Part shown: one piece after another, positions 20,101 to 28,212 of the stretch | Numbering within the stretch: the stretch's first letter is position 1 | How the letters are laid out: every line of letters starts with the position of its first letter | Assembly (NCBI GenBank): GCA_964604015.1 | Contig: CAZRXF010000004.1 | Span: forward strand, 4,861 to 68,860 | Direction of reading: 5' to 3' | Origin: an uncultured Pseudomonadota bacterium | GTDB taxonomy: Bacteria; Babelota; Babeliae; Babelales; CAIQNR01 | DNA length: 64,000 nt | Notes under the pieces: generated by a model | Seen by the model: the letters and a program-made list of their open reading frames with translations, nothing else | Database searches by the model: none | Told to the model about the DNA's origin: nothing | Made by a program: the position numbers and the translations under genes

Positions 20101-21200
20101 TTTGCGGTATCAGGAACGGTGTTCTGTGTTGCAGATGCTTCAGCAGCAATTACTGGAGCTGCAAGAACTGGTAGTAAAGCGCCCGTTGAGTGGATAGAGG
20201 GAGGAGGAGTCGGAGAAGCTACTGATGCCTCTCCTCCTGCATCTGAGGTAACCAAAATAGCGGCGACTGGGGATACAGACAATGCATGTGGGAGTTCTTG
20301 TGCAACTGGTTCAAGTAGGATTACAGAGGAACCATGTGCACCAGGTTCTGGGGATTGTTCAAGAGCTGTTACACTTGCACGAGATTCAGACAAGCGACTT
20401 TGGGCAGGACTTACTTGTTGTAGTTTTGCTAGGCGTTGCGCACACAAGGTAACAAAGCCCGGGCGTTGTTCCGGTGGAATTCCACGTATCAGATCTATAA
20501 GTGATTTCTCGATTTCATCGTCTGATGTTGTTGGAAATGATGATGCCGTAAAGAGCCTTTGCGCAGTTATACAGAAAGATTCATCTGCAGTGGCAAAAAG
20601 AAGGCGAACAATACTTAGGTGTGAAACCGGAGAGATGGTGCCAGTTGGCGATTGGAGCGGAGCAACTGCTCCTGATGGTGCTGCTGTAATTTGCGAAAAA
20701 GCTTGTTGAGGATGAGCGTAAGAGTGTGGTGGGGGAGGCACTGGGAGAGAAAAAAAAGGAAAAATAGGATTGCGGTGAGGCAATGAGGTGTCGAACATAT
20801 GAGTGACTGGGTCGGGAAAGAAGGAGCCGGTTACTTGAGGTAGTTGTCCTGGCGCAAGAAGAAGGTGGTGGTAAGAAAGATGGAAAGGTGATGCATTGGC
20901 AGGTGGTGTTGCTTCAAGGCGATAGGATACACCACTCCCGTTAGGGTTTTTCGTGACAAGAAGACCTGTACTTTGTGCTCCCTGTCCCTGTAACTGAGTA
21001 AGCGCGGCGTACAATTGCCTTCCGGCAGGCCCTCCGGGGTGAACGGAATAGAGCTGTCCATTGTGTCCTGGAAGCATAAGCATGTACACAGAGCTTGCGT
21101 TACAAAGAGGAAAAGTCACAAGGCAGACAAGAGCAAAAAGTCTCTTGAACGTGCGAGAAAAATGGCGGAATTGAGCATTCAAAGAATAAGAATAAGACAT
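17142..21200 (-). CDS. P5: secreted modular low-complexity protein, family member 5
   Basis: 1352-aa ORF whose ATG lies 1 nt after the P6 stop. N-terminal hydrophobic segment LFALVCLVTFPLCNA|SS. Contains a P/A/S/T/Q-rich region, a K/E/R helix (DKEERKERTVTFKEKREQEKRAKQERAE), VDRALLLTYLSRYAPKE, the motif CAMKNCIHRRAYCF and a helical C-terminus. Confidence 0.85.
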   Translation of the reverse strand: MSYSYSLNAQFRHFSRTFKRLFALVCLVTFPLCNASSVYMLMLPGHNGQLYSVHPGGPAGRQLYAALTQLQGQGAQSTGLLVTKNPNGSGVSYRLEATPPANASPFHLSYHHLLLAPGQLPQVTGSFFPDPVTHMFDTSLPHRNPIFPFFSLPVPPPPHSYAHPQQAFSQITAAPSGAVAPLQSPTGTISPVSHLSIVRLLFATADESFCITAQRLFTASSFPTTSDDEIEKSLIDLIRGIPPEQRPGFVTLCAQRLAKLQQVSPAQSRLSESRASVTALEQSPEPGAHGSSVILLEPVAQELPHALSVSPVAAILVTSDAGGEASVASPTPPPSIHSTGALLPVLAAPVIAAEASATQNTVPDTAKEEYNPALGAWNKKPTIATSSSRPPAPSRVTPTPPAQTSTTSSCGKNTTQQQRSSAIPTAPQIPQTQQKQRRHSTTATHHAAEPRHGTQRNATTPVPPLSPANNAASALTPPVVPKSQASAPQAESAGTPAKQRRRQASNDFFLAAAAAPNASVRKETAEPRNASAPHVAPAPTAQEGSVESAVGDTVLPSTQADQTADKEERKERTVTFKEKREQEKRAKQERAEHEQSIQEAITTALAANDIATAREHLRSLPDIQRPVHVECLLAILKALAITTDDTSDPETSVDTFEIASACQALIESPHGEIQRQLSSVDRALLLTYLSRYAPKELQENYMLDAIKLTHNFTQGLVWYIKALLKHREDHENTPCAMKNCIHRRAYCFVRSSFSANSTIILNPIFHSVGWLAGPSGCGRVREIQSEDVISAARSGLTDKQKSFEVFMAMVHKFPGTLQPVETACASAAATPISSPSLKEQAVACAEAIEASLFTRTGSIKAQEQVTAFFGSLQSPQERMLATEYLLKTHPRAASFFITALMEDPSFEPYATRIATIFQPLLSKCIADTEKSGDSESSATKSARTRFVKQLKQLHTRFENLLATSDTPVQEHAVAQLPEGYFKSLFDFFGFLPGIVFTGADAAALRSKFIADTLRKTLEEKIKTDAHIVGFLERLRQQSTHPEHTAIVQALQNYIKTLSPDKQAQWKAKMNVIHFESLNMPGGTPFKTKILPYFEKELRNFIAQHLTDPGSLQDAAGLVTKILRYPSNLGDALDIVLRNADTDEASFYWTSFHVAFAKQQEKDPRVHEAVNVVSRKVLTTIEALLQKYGNSEFFTEFAAHLEATRKIILSTLDDQQPARQAMMLPTPKKEPVSQVAEILNDPTTALALASIVAHRRAAALPTEEEREREMTAIRATLHASVLDIKTETDATAFATAFSKYGPPELKASLQMFLEEQSTLISEPIREHLFAACKPAEQVSGVFSTGGQAAAAEA

Positions 21201-21201
21201 G

Positions 21202-24200
21202 TTATCGTTTTCTAAATAATGATTGTGTTTGAGTTACAATTTCTGCACTGGAAAGATTTCGTTTTTCTTGGGGGAGTTTTACACCGCCTATAGTTTCAAG
21301 AAACTTTTTTTGTGCACGTTTGAAATCTTTTGGTTGCTTGGCAGCTAAATTTGGAGGAGCTATGTACTCAATGCACAGTGCTTTTATGCAATGGACAAGT
21401 GCTTCCCTTTGTTCGCGGGTAAGATCGGTTCCCTGTTGCTTTGATCGATCATAGATGCGGTCAAGAAGAAGTACGTATTCCTCTGGTTGAGGGTTAGCGT
21501 TCACAAGAATTTCAAGAAGATCGATTAATGAGGTACGTGGTACTTTGGAAAGAATTTTTTCAAGAACTTTAAGGAGTGCTGTTTTGTTCTCTGTAAGCTC
21601 CGGACTTGTGAAATCCATGATTGAACGTTGAAGAGGAGTGAGGACGTATTTTGTGAATGCCTCTGAGGACTGTGATCCCGTTAACCATTTTGATTGAAGC
21701 AGTTCCATACACCTTCGATACTCTTCCGGCGTAAGATCAGTATCTTTACATCTTTGGTATTCTTCTTTTGTAAGATTGGTTTCATCACGTTGGGTTTGAG
21801 GGTGAGCTTCTTGAGCGGCCGCGGCCGTATGGCGTTTTCTTTGCTGGTAAACTATGAGCGCAATACAATCAGGATTTTTTAGTTCTAATCCTTTTCTTAA
21901 TGCTCGTTCGTAAGCTGCTTGATCAGTCAAATCAGAAAGATGTTGCACTTTGGTGTAATGCAATGCGAGGCAAAAACACGCTAGCCCCTTTATTGTGTTG
22001 TTCATGTTGACTGCCGTTTCATCCTGTTCATGAACGTCAGCTTCTACAAATTCATTCAAAAGAGTGATGTTATCTTGAGATACATAGAATTCTGATTTTG
22101 TATGGAGGAGGATATAGAGAAGCATAATTTTTTCATGTAGATCATGCGCTGCTCCTGATGCTGTTTTTGCCTCAAGCTGTGCCCGCGCTTGTTTTAAATA
22201 GGCTTTTGTTAAGAGGACATCGTTTGCTGTTTCCTTTAAGACGCGGGACCTGTTCCAATGTTCACTTGCTTTTGAGATATTTTCCAAAGGGGTGAGAAGG
22301 GTGGTTGGGCAGAGGACCTCCTCATCTTTCTGAGAAGATTCGGCTTGTAGTGCCCGTAAACTGCTTAATTTGTCAGGCAAAAAATATTCGTTCTGTTCAG
22401 CTGTTCTAAGGACCCTTTCAACGAGAATAGCTGAAGGTTGGTGCGGGTCTCTGCATGGACACGGCGTGAGGTGAGCCTGGATAAAGAGGTGCATAGCAGT
22501 AAGAGAAGTGAGGGCGGTGTGTTTGTGGGTTTCGATGTAAGCGAGGGCTCTGTGGTGAGGACATTGCTCAGAAGTAGCTTCTGAGCACAGTGTAGGGGTT
22601 CGTGCAGCGTGTTCCACTTCTCTTTCCAACGAAAGATACGTGCATTCTGTGTCCCCGCATTTGCTACCAGCCTGTACATATTCAAAGTATTGTAGATCCT
22701 GCTTATCCTCAATCAAAAATCTACAGAGCGGTTGTAACTGGCTGCCATTGATTGCGCCTCGCTGCGAAGTGAAAAATGCTTTTGCTTTTTTCCGCACGAG
22801 TTTTTCTGTTTCTACATGAGCTGAGCGTTGTTCCGGCGACAAGGTAAGAAAAATCTGTACGAGGATGAAGCAATCATCAAAAGATCTTGTAAGAAGTGAA
22901 GTAAGATCAAGCTGTTCATAGCAGGTAAGTGCCGCTTGCATATCGTTATTCTTGAAGTGATTTGCGGCCCTAGTGTGCTGCTCTTCTTCTGCGTGATTTC
23001 TGACAAATGTATAGGCATTCTTGATAACCCTTGCTACCAGATTATCAGCTATGCGTTCGACTGGGGCTTTTTTCACAATACGCGGATGTTGTGGACCAAA
23101 CATAGGCCGGGCAATAAGAGGGGGAGGAGAAGATGGGAGTGATGCAGCTGTTTGGACAACAGAGACATGAAGACTTGCTTTGCGTGCTTTTTGTGTCATT
23201 TTTTTTCTTTGATTGCGGGAAAATTTAGGAGCTGCTGCTCCTGCCTTTTGTTCATTCACTTCTTCGGTAATGTCTGAAAGATTGCCTTCGATAGATTTTG
23301 AAGGAGCGGTCAAAGATGGGGAAGGAGAAGAAGGTGTGGTTACCACGACTCCTCGCTGAGGGAGCCGTACAATAATAGGTAGTGGCTTTCTGCCATAAGG
23401 CGCTTTCCCCTGCGTATGGTGTAAACCATCAGTTGTTGGTAAAACCCCTTCCTTTTGAACATGTGGGTGTGGTGGAAAAGGAGTGGAAAGTGCAGCGGCC
23501 GAGGCAGCAATTGTCGCATAAGAGCGAGCGGTTAGACCAGATGCTACCGCTCCTGGTTCTTGAATCTCATCAGCAACGGGGGGAGTGGAAGGAGGATGTG
23601 AAGCGGACGTTGCCGCCATTGGCTCTTGAGTTTCGCTAGGACCGTGAGGAGCGGAAGGAAGAGTAGGAGCGCTTGGTGCTGATTCTTCTGTAGGCGAAGG
23701 TTCAGGAGAGACCTTGCGGATGGGTGGCTGATGATCGGTAATGGCAGGAGAGGTCTGTGGGTAAGCAGGAAGAGAAGGATAGTACTGTACATAGTAGGGC
23801 ACAAGAGGAACGAGTATCACAGGGCGAAAAATCAGTACATTGGTGTAAAAGATGGGTGCCGGCGTACTATCAGGAGGAATACGCTGCAGCCATGGGTTGC
23901 TAAGATCGGATGGATACAATGCATAACGCCCGAGTTCTGCGCATTCGTGACATGGATAGGAGTTTTCCTCGTCGGTGAGAATGAAAAATGTCATTCCATC
24001 ATAGAGAAGGGTAAAGACAAAGGGTTGTTGGCGAGAATGACAATCTTCTATTACAGCAAGAAGATTGGGAACATGTTCCGTTTCGGGTCCGTGAGGTATA
24101 AGAGGAATGGTGATGGCACCTCGCGTTCCGCGCAGAATAGGAAGTAAATGCTCAAACTTCTGGCAGACCTCCGAAGATCCTAAGGACGTGTTAAAGCGAT

Positions 24201-24333
24201 CATCAAGATATGGATCAGCAAACCAAAGATTACCATGTAGTACATTGCCGCGAATATTTTGTGCGTACTGAGCGCCTTGAGTTGAGAAGGACCCCAACAG
24301 TAAGAAACTTGAAAACAATACACGATATTTCAT
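21202..24333 (-). CDS. P6: secreted modular low-complexity protein, family member 6
   Basis: ORF track 21202-24357 starts at TTG. The ATG at 24333 gives MKYRVLFSSFLLLGSFSTQG|AQ, a better signal peptide. N-domain has QQPFVFTLLYDG. Also a Y/P linker (VPYYVQYYPSLPAYP), a P/S/T-rich region, the motif CSEATSEQCPHHRALAY and a helical C-terminus. Confidence 0.85.
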   Translation of the reverse strand: MKYRVLFSSFLLLGSFSTQGAQYAQNIRGNVLHGNLWFADPYLDDRFNTSLGSSEVCQKFEHLLPILRGTRGAITIPLIPHGPETEHVPNLLAVIEDCHSRQQPFVFTLLYDGMTFFILTDEENSYPCHECAELGRYALYPSDLSNPWLQRIPPDSTPAPIFYTNVLIFRPVILVPLVPYYVQYYPSLPAYPQTSPAITDHQPPIRKVSPEPSPTEESAPSAPTLPSAPHGPSETQEPMAATSASHPPSTPPVADEIQEPGAVASGLTARSYATIAASAAALSTPFPPHPHVQKEGVLPTTDGLHHTQGKAPYGRKPLPIIVRLPQRGVVVTTPSSPSPSLTAPSKSIEGNLSDITEEVNEQKAGAAAPKFSRNQRKKMTQKARKASLHVSVVQTAASLPSSPPPLIARPMFGPQHPRIVKKAPVERIADNLVARVIKNAYTFVRNHAEEEQHTRAANHFKNNDMQAALTCYEQLDLTSLLTRSFDDCFILVQIFLTLSPEQRSAHVETEKLVRKKAKAFFTSQRGAINGSQLQPLCRFLIEDKQDLQYFEYVQAGSKCGDTECTYLSLEREVEHAARTPTLCSEATSEQCPHHRALAYIETHKHTALTSLTAMHLFIQAHLTPCPCRDPHQPSAILVERVLRTAEQNEYFLPDKLSSLRALQAESSQKDEEVLCPTTLLTPLENISKASEHWNRSRVLKETANDVLLTKAYLKQARAQLEAKTASGAAHDLHEKIMLLYILLHTKSEFYVSQDNITLLNEFVEADVHEQDETAVNMNNTIKGLACFCLALHYTKVQHLSDLTDQAAYERALRKGLELKNPDCIALIVYQQRKRHTAAAAQEAHPQTQRDETNLTKEEYQRCKDTDLTPEEYRRCMELLQSKWLTGSQSSEAFTKYVLTPLQRSIMDFTSPELTENKTALLKVLEKILSKVPRTSLIDLLEILVNANPQPEEYVLLLDRIYDRSKQQGTDLTREQREALVHCIKALCIEYIAPPNLAAKQPKDFKRAQKKFLETIGGVKLPQEKRNLSSAEIVTQTQSLFRKR

Positions 24334-24414
24334 GCTCACCATCCCACAATTTGCCAAAAAAGTGGGGTTAAGCTTACTGATTTATTGTTGTTCTGTAACT
24401 ATTCTTTGCGGTTT

Positions 24415-24459
24415 AAAAATAAAAGAGCCCTCATGAAAATTGAGAGCTCTTTTATTTTT
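24415..24459 (-). terminator. Strong hairpin between P7 and P6, candidate intrinsic (bidirectional) terminator
   Basis: AAAAATAAAAGAGC (24415-24428) pairs perfectly with GCTCTTTTATTTTT (24446-24459). The stem carries A- and T-runs on both sides, and the site lies 33 nt past the P7 stop. Confidence 0.6.
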
Positions 24460-24491
24460 AAACTGCAGACATGAGACGTTGGATACGCTAC

Positions 24492-26777
24492 TTACACTGC
24501 TGCTGCGGCGCCGTGATGATGAACACGTTGGTCAGCCGGAATAATGTCTGTAGGAATAACTGCATTGATTTGTGCTAGTTCTTCATCATCATAGACAGGA
24601 GTTTGCGTACAGCGTTTGTACACTTTTCTTATTCCTTCAGCTATGGTGTCTTTGCCTTTTGTGTAGCCAGCTTTGAGAATGTTACATTTTTCTTGGTAAG
24701 CAGTTACAAGGCTTCTGAGGTAAAGAACAGCAATTTCTACGCATTCTTCCCCGTCTGCTTGAGCAGCTTTAGCAAATTCTTTGGCTTCCTCATGAATGCA
24801 GTGGCGTTTTACTGTGCAGCGCTCCTGTGATGCAGCTCGGTCAAGTAATCTTAGATAGTTAATAGCCTGTGCTTTGGTATGTTGTTTCTCCACGTCACAA
24901 CTAAGACATTGATCAAGAAATTCTTGTTTTTTATCGACATCTTTTTCGTGCATAGAGAGCGCAAAATAAAGACAGGTTCGATACCACTTGTCAATTTTTT
25001 TGTCATGAGAAAATTGGATTGCTTTCGGGATAAAGGCACTGATTTCTTCCGCGGTCAACATATAACGTGCGTTCACGTAAAGATCACCAACAAAAACCGT
25101 GTGTCGCACTTCAAGATGTGCAATGTTAGGAAGACGTTCTTTGGCTTCTTTGAGTCTTCCGGCATTCAACAGCGCCTCGATTTCTTCGAGTGAAATGGTA
25201 TCGCTTATTGGTCGTGTAGGCATCTCCTCTTCGTCGGAATCGAGCTCAGCGGCGGCTGCTATTTGCAATGCAGCAAGAGCGCTGGCGGTACTCCGTTGTT
25301 GCGGACGAGGGTGTTTTTCTTCTGCTTTTTTGTGCGCGATGGTAGCAGCAGCGGCAGCTATGCTTTGTTCTTGTGCGCGTTGAACATCGCGTTTCATTGC
25401 TTGTGCATGTTGTGTAAGTAAGGCTTCAAAATCATCGCCTTTTGCAGCTTTGCTGCGATCCTGTTTTTTGGCTCCGGAAGCAGAAGCTTTTTGAGCAGCA
25501 GCTCTATCTCTTTCTGCTTGCTCTTTTCGTTTTTGTTTTTCCGCTTCTTCTTTTTCTTTTTTCTCAGTATCGGCTTGAGCCTTTTTTGCAGTAGCAGCAT
25601 CTCGCTTTTGCTTAGCTTGTTCTTCTTGCTTTTGTTTAGCTTCACGTTCAGCCCGTTCTTGCGCCTCTTTACGTGCTTTTACGTTAGATTGTTCTTGCGC
25701 TTCCTTTGCAGCTTGTTCTTGGCGCCTTTTTTCTTTTTTAGCCTGTTTTTTTGCTTCTCGTTTAGCTTGTTCTTCGGCAGATACTTCTTCTGTCTCTTCC
25801 TGTTCTTGTAAGGAAGTTTCCGCTGTTCCAGGAACGGATGAGGAAGCTATTGTTGTGGTCTCAGAAGTGGCAGCTGCAGCTGCTTGCGTAAGGTTGCCCG
25901 AAGCAGTATCTGCTTGGTCTTGCTGAAGTCTAAGAGTGGTAGGAAGAGGCGGTTCTTCCTGTTGGTGGCCAGAAAGTTCAACATGATGCAATGTGGCTGT
26001 GGATGGTGTGGATTCTTCTTGCAAAGTTGGAGCCGCTGAGATGACTGATGATTGTTGTTCCTCAAGAGTCAGAGATGCAAGAACTGTTTGCAGTTCGCGC
26101 GTAACAGGGCTTGTAGGTGACGTTGCAGAGGAAGCACGAGAGGTTTGACTTGAAGATCTGCCTGGGGTGTTACTGGTTTGAGCTGGTGTTGCTCGGCGTC
26201 TTTGGTGTCTTGTGGGTGGTGCTACGGGTACGGGTACGGCGAAAGGCACTGGACGATCGACAGGGACAGCAAAAGGTACTCGATGAATAACGGGTACTGG
26301 ATAGGGATGATGAACGACAACAGTTTGTGTAGGAGGGTTCGTCATTTGTTGTTTAAGTGATTCGACTTCTGCTGGAGTAAAATGAAATGCTTTGCCGTCA
26401 GCGTGAACTCGATAAGCAGCAACTATGTCGTAACGAACAGAAGGATTTTTGAAGGGGATGAGGTTTATGTCTGTTCTTAGCAATGCATTGCCACGCTCGG
26501 AGTGCCCATCGTCTGTTTTACAGAGGAAAAAACAGAAGGGTTGATTGCTTGAGTGGGCGGCATCTAAATAGCCGAGTAAAGTTAAGCGTCCCGTTTCTTC
26601 AGCAAGAGGTTTTTGTCTCAGATTGAGAGTCACAGGAGCTTGAGGAGTAGCGATAGCAAGTGAGGACCCATCATCACTCAAAGTGTACGTCCCTATTGAA
26701 CCAAGTCCCTGAGCGGCATAGGCCATTGGGCACACTAAGCTCAGAATAAAGAAATTTAAGAACAGACTTCGCTTCAT
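24492..26777 (-). CDS. P7: secreted modular protein, family member 7 (shortest, with the longest ER/K-type charged helix)
   Basis: ORF track 24492-26792. The ATG at 26777 (MKRSLFLNFFILSLVCPMAYA|AQ) has GGAGG 8 nt upstream. N-domain has SNQPFCFFLCKTDDG. Also a V/P/F linker (RVPFAVPVDRPVPFAVPVPV), an S/T/Q-rich region, ~120 aa of E/K/A/Q/R helix and the motif CTVKRHCIHEEAKEF. Confidence 0.85.
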   Translation of the reverse strand: MKRSLFLNFFILSLVCPMAYAAQGLGSIGTYTLSDDGSSLAIATPQAPVTLNLRQKPLAEETGRLTLLGYLDAAHSSNQPFCFFLCKTDDGHSERGNALLRTDINLIPFKNPSVRYDIVAAYRVHADGKAFHFTPAEVESLKQQMTNPPTQTVVVHHPYPVPVIHRVPFAVPVDRPVPFAVPVPVAPPTRHQRRRATPAQTSNTPGRSSSQTSRASSATSPTSPVTRELQTVLASLTLEEQQSSVISAAPTLQEESTPSTATLHHVELSGHQQEEPPLPTTLRLQQDQADTASGNLTQAAAAATSETTTIASSSVPGTAETSLQEQEETEEVSAEEQAKREAKKQAKKEKRRQEQAAKEAQEQSNVKARKEAQERAEREAKQKQEEQAKQKRDAATAKKAQADTEKKEKEEAEKQKRKEQAERDRAAAQKASASGAKKQDRSKAAKGDDFEALLTQHAQAMKRDVQRAQEQSIAAAAATIAHKKAEEKHPRPQQRSTASALAALQIAAAAELDSDEEEMPTRPISDTISLEEIEALLNAGRLKEAKERLPNIAHLEVRHTVFVGDLYVNARYMLTAEEISAFIPKAIQFSHDKKIDKWYRTCLYFALSMHEKDVDKKQEFLDQCLSCDVEKQHTKAQAINYLRLLDRAASQERCTVKRHCIHEEAKEFAKAAQADGEECVEIAVLYLRSLVTAYQEKCNILKAGYTKGKDTIAEGIRKVYKRCTQTPVYDDEELAQINAVIPTDIIPADQRVHHHGAAAAV

Positions 26778-26813
26778 TTTTTCTACCTCCATAATTTTAA
26801 TACTCTAATAGAA

Positions 26814-26841
26814 ATTTTATATGAGGGGTGAAAAAAGTCAA
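26814..26841 (-). promoter_or_regulatory. Candidate sigma70-type promoter for P7
   Basis: On the minus strand: TTGACT (26841-26836), a 16-nt spacer, then TAAAAT (26819-26814), about 35 nt upstream of the P7 ATG. This is consensus matching only. Confidence 0.3.
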
Positions 26842-26898
26842 AAGGGAGGAAGATTAAGCTTATTTTTTGGGAAATAAGGCAAAGATGAGCATACCTTT

Positions 26899-26927
26899 TT
26901 GTCTAAAATTGCTGTAGGCGTTACACT
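26899..26927 (+). promoter_or_regulatory. Candidate sigma70-type promoter for sufS
   Basis: TTGTCT (26899-26904), a 17-nt spacer, then TACACT (26922-26927), 38 nt upstream of the sufS ATG. The same TACACT -10 appears upstream of rpsI. Confidence 0.3.
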
Positions 26928-26964
26928 GGAAACCTACTGTTTATTTGATGGTTAAGGGCGTTTC

Positions 26965-28164
26965 ATGACACTGTTTAAGGATGATTTTCCTTTTTTTCGT
27001 TCGCATCCTGAGCTTATTTATCTTGATAATGCGGCAACAACACATAAGCCACAGCAGGTGCTTGATGCTTTAGTTCGATTCTACACTGTCTCGAATGCAA
27101 ATATGCATCGTGGCGTGTATCACCTTGCAGAGCGCGCAACAGAAGAGTTTGAAGCAAGTCGATCATTGGTAGCTTCCTTTCTTGGTGCTGCTCATTCTTC
27201 TGAGATTATTTTTACGTCAGGAGCAACGGCGGCTATCAATATGGTTGCGCAAGGATGGGGCACTGCGAATGTGCATAAAGAAGATGAGGTTGTAGTAACC
27301 GCTCTTGAGCATCATGCCAACTTTGTACCGTGGCAGCAGTTGTGTGAACGAACCGGTGCCCAGTTAAAAATTATTCCTGTTGACCAACGTGGTCTGCTTG
27401 ATCTTTCCCATCTTGCATCCATCATAACGTCACGAACAAAAATGGTAGCAGTTACCCACGTGTCAAATGCAATTGGAACCACCGTTGATCTTGCACCGAT
27501 TATTGCACGGGCTCATGCAGTTGGTGCGCGTGTATTGGTTGATGGATGCCAGGCTGTTTCTTTTATTCCGGTAGATGTCCAAAAGCTCGGATGTGATTTT
27601 TATGTCTTTTCCGGGCACAAAGTCATGGGACCTACTGGTGTGGGAGTGTTGTATGCGCGGCGTGAAGTACATGCTGAATTTTTTCCTCCTACTTCAGGAG
27701 GAGGAATGGTCTTTCAGGTAACGCCAGAACGGACGACGTTTTTAAAAGCTCCACGTTGTTATGAGGCGGGAACTCCACCCATAGCAGGGGTAATGGGGCT
27801 TGCTGCAGCGCTTTCGTGTCTTCAAAATGTGGGCATTGAACAGGTAGGCCGGCATACTGCAGCGTTAACACACCAGGCAATTGCAGCATTACGAGAATTT
27901 CCGCGTGTTCGTCTTTTAGGCCCTGTTGAGCAACTTGAAAAAGAGGGGCATCTGATAAGTTTTGTGGTGGATGGGATGCATGCCCATGATGTTGCTGCGT
28001 ACCTTGATCGCTACGGCATATGCGTGCGAGCAGGACATCACTGCGCACAACCTTTAGCCGAGCAGTTGCACTACCAAGCCTCCGTTCGAGCATCATTTTA
28101 TCTGTATACTACCGAACGTGACGTTGAACTATTCATCAAAGCCTTGCGAAACATGATGAGATAA
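26965..28164 (+). CDS. sufS: Cysteine desulfurase SufS (class V aminotransferase)
   Basis: Motifs LDNAATTHKP, HHANFVPWQ, PLP-lysine context FSGHKVMGPTGVGVLY and catalytic-Cys loop RAGHHCAQP. Confidence 0.9.
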   Translation: MTLFKDDFPFFRSHPELIYLDNAATTHKPQQVLDALVRFYTVSNANMHRGVYHLAERATEEFEASRSLVASFLGAAHSSEIIFTSGATAAINMVAQGWGTANVHKEDEVVVTALEHHANFVPWQQLCERTGAQLKIIPVDQRGLLDLSHLASIITSRTKMVAVTHVSNAIGTTVDLAPIIARAHAVGARVLVDGCQAVSFIPVDVQKLGCDFYVFSGHKVMGPTGVGVLYARREVHAEFFPPTSGGGMVFQVTPERTTFLKAPRCYEAGTPPIAGVMGLAAALSCLQNVGIEQVGRHTAALTHQAIAALREFPRVRLLGPVEQLEKEGHLISFVVDGMHAHDVAAYLDRYGICVRAGHHCAQPLAEQLHYQASVRASFYLYTTERDVELFIKALRNMMR

Positions 28165-28212
28165 TCGAAAATCGCTGGCGCAGTTTTTTCCGTGTAAAAA
28201 GGGGACGAGAAC

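Noticed and set aside
19933-20709. 258-aa plus-strand ORF antisense to P5
   Set aside because: It lies wholly inside the P5 low-complexity region. It is a Gly/Ala/Cys/Ser-rich mirror translation of GC-rich Pro/Ala codons, with no SD and no start context, so it is a shadow ORF.
25491-25811. 106-aa plus-strand ORF (F/L/S-rich), plus 25394-25645 on the minus strand
   Set aside because: These are antisense or alternate-frame readings of the P7 ER/K segment. GAA/AAG codons read as TTC/CTT on the opposite strand, so this is a composition artefact.
24492-26777. P7 as a TolA homolog, because of the TolA-domain-II-like K/E/A region
   Set aside because: It has a cleavable-type signal peptide plus a globular N-domain instead of an N-terminal TM anchor. 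It shares the family Cys/His motif with P3-P6 and has no tolQRB/pal neighbours.
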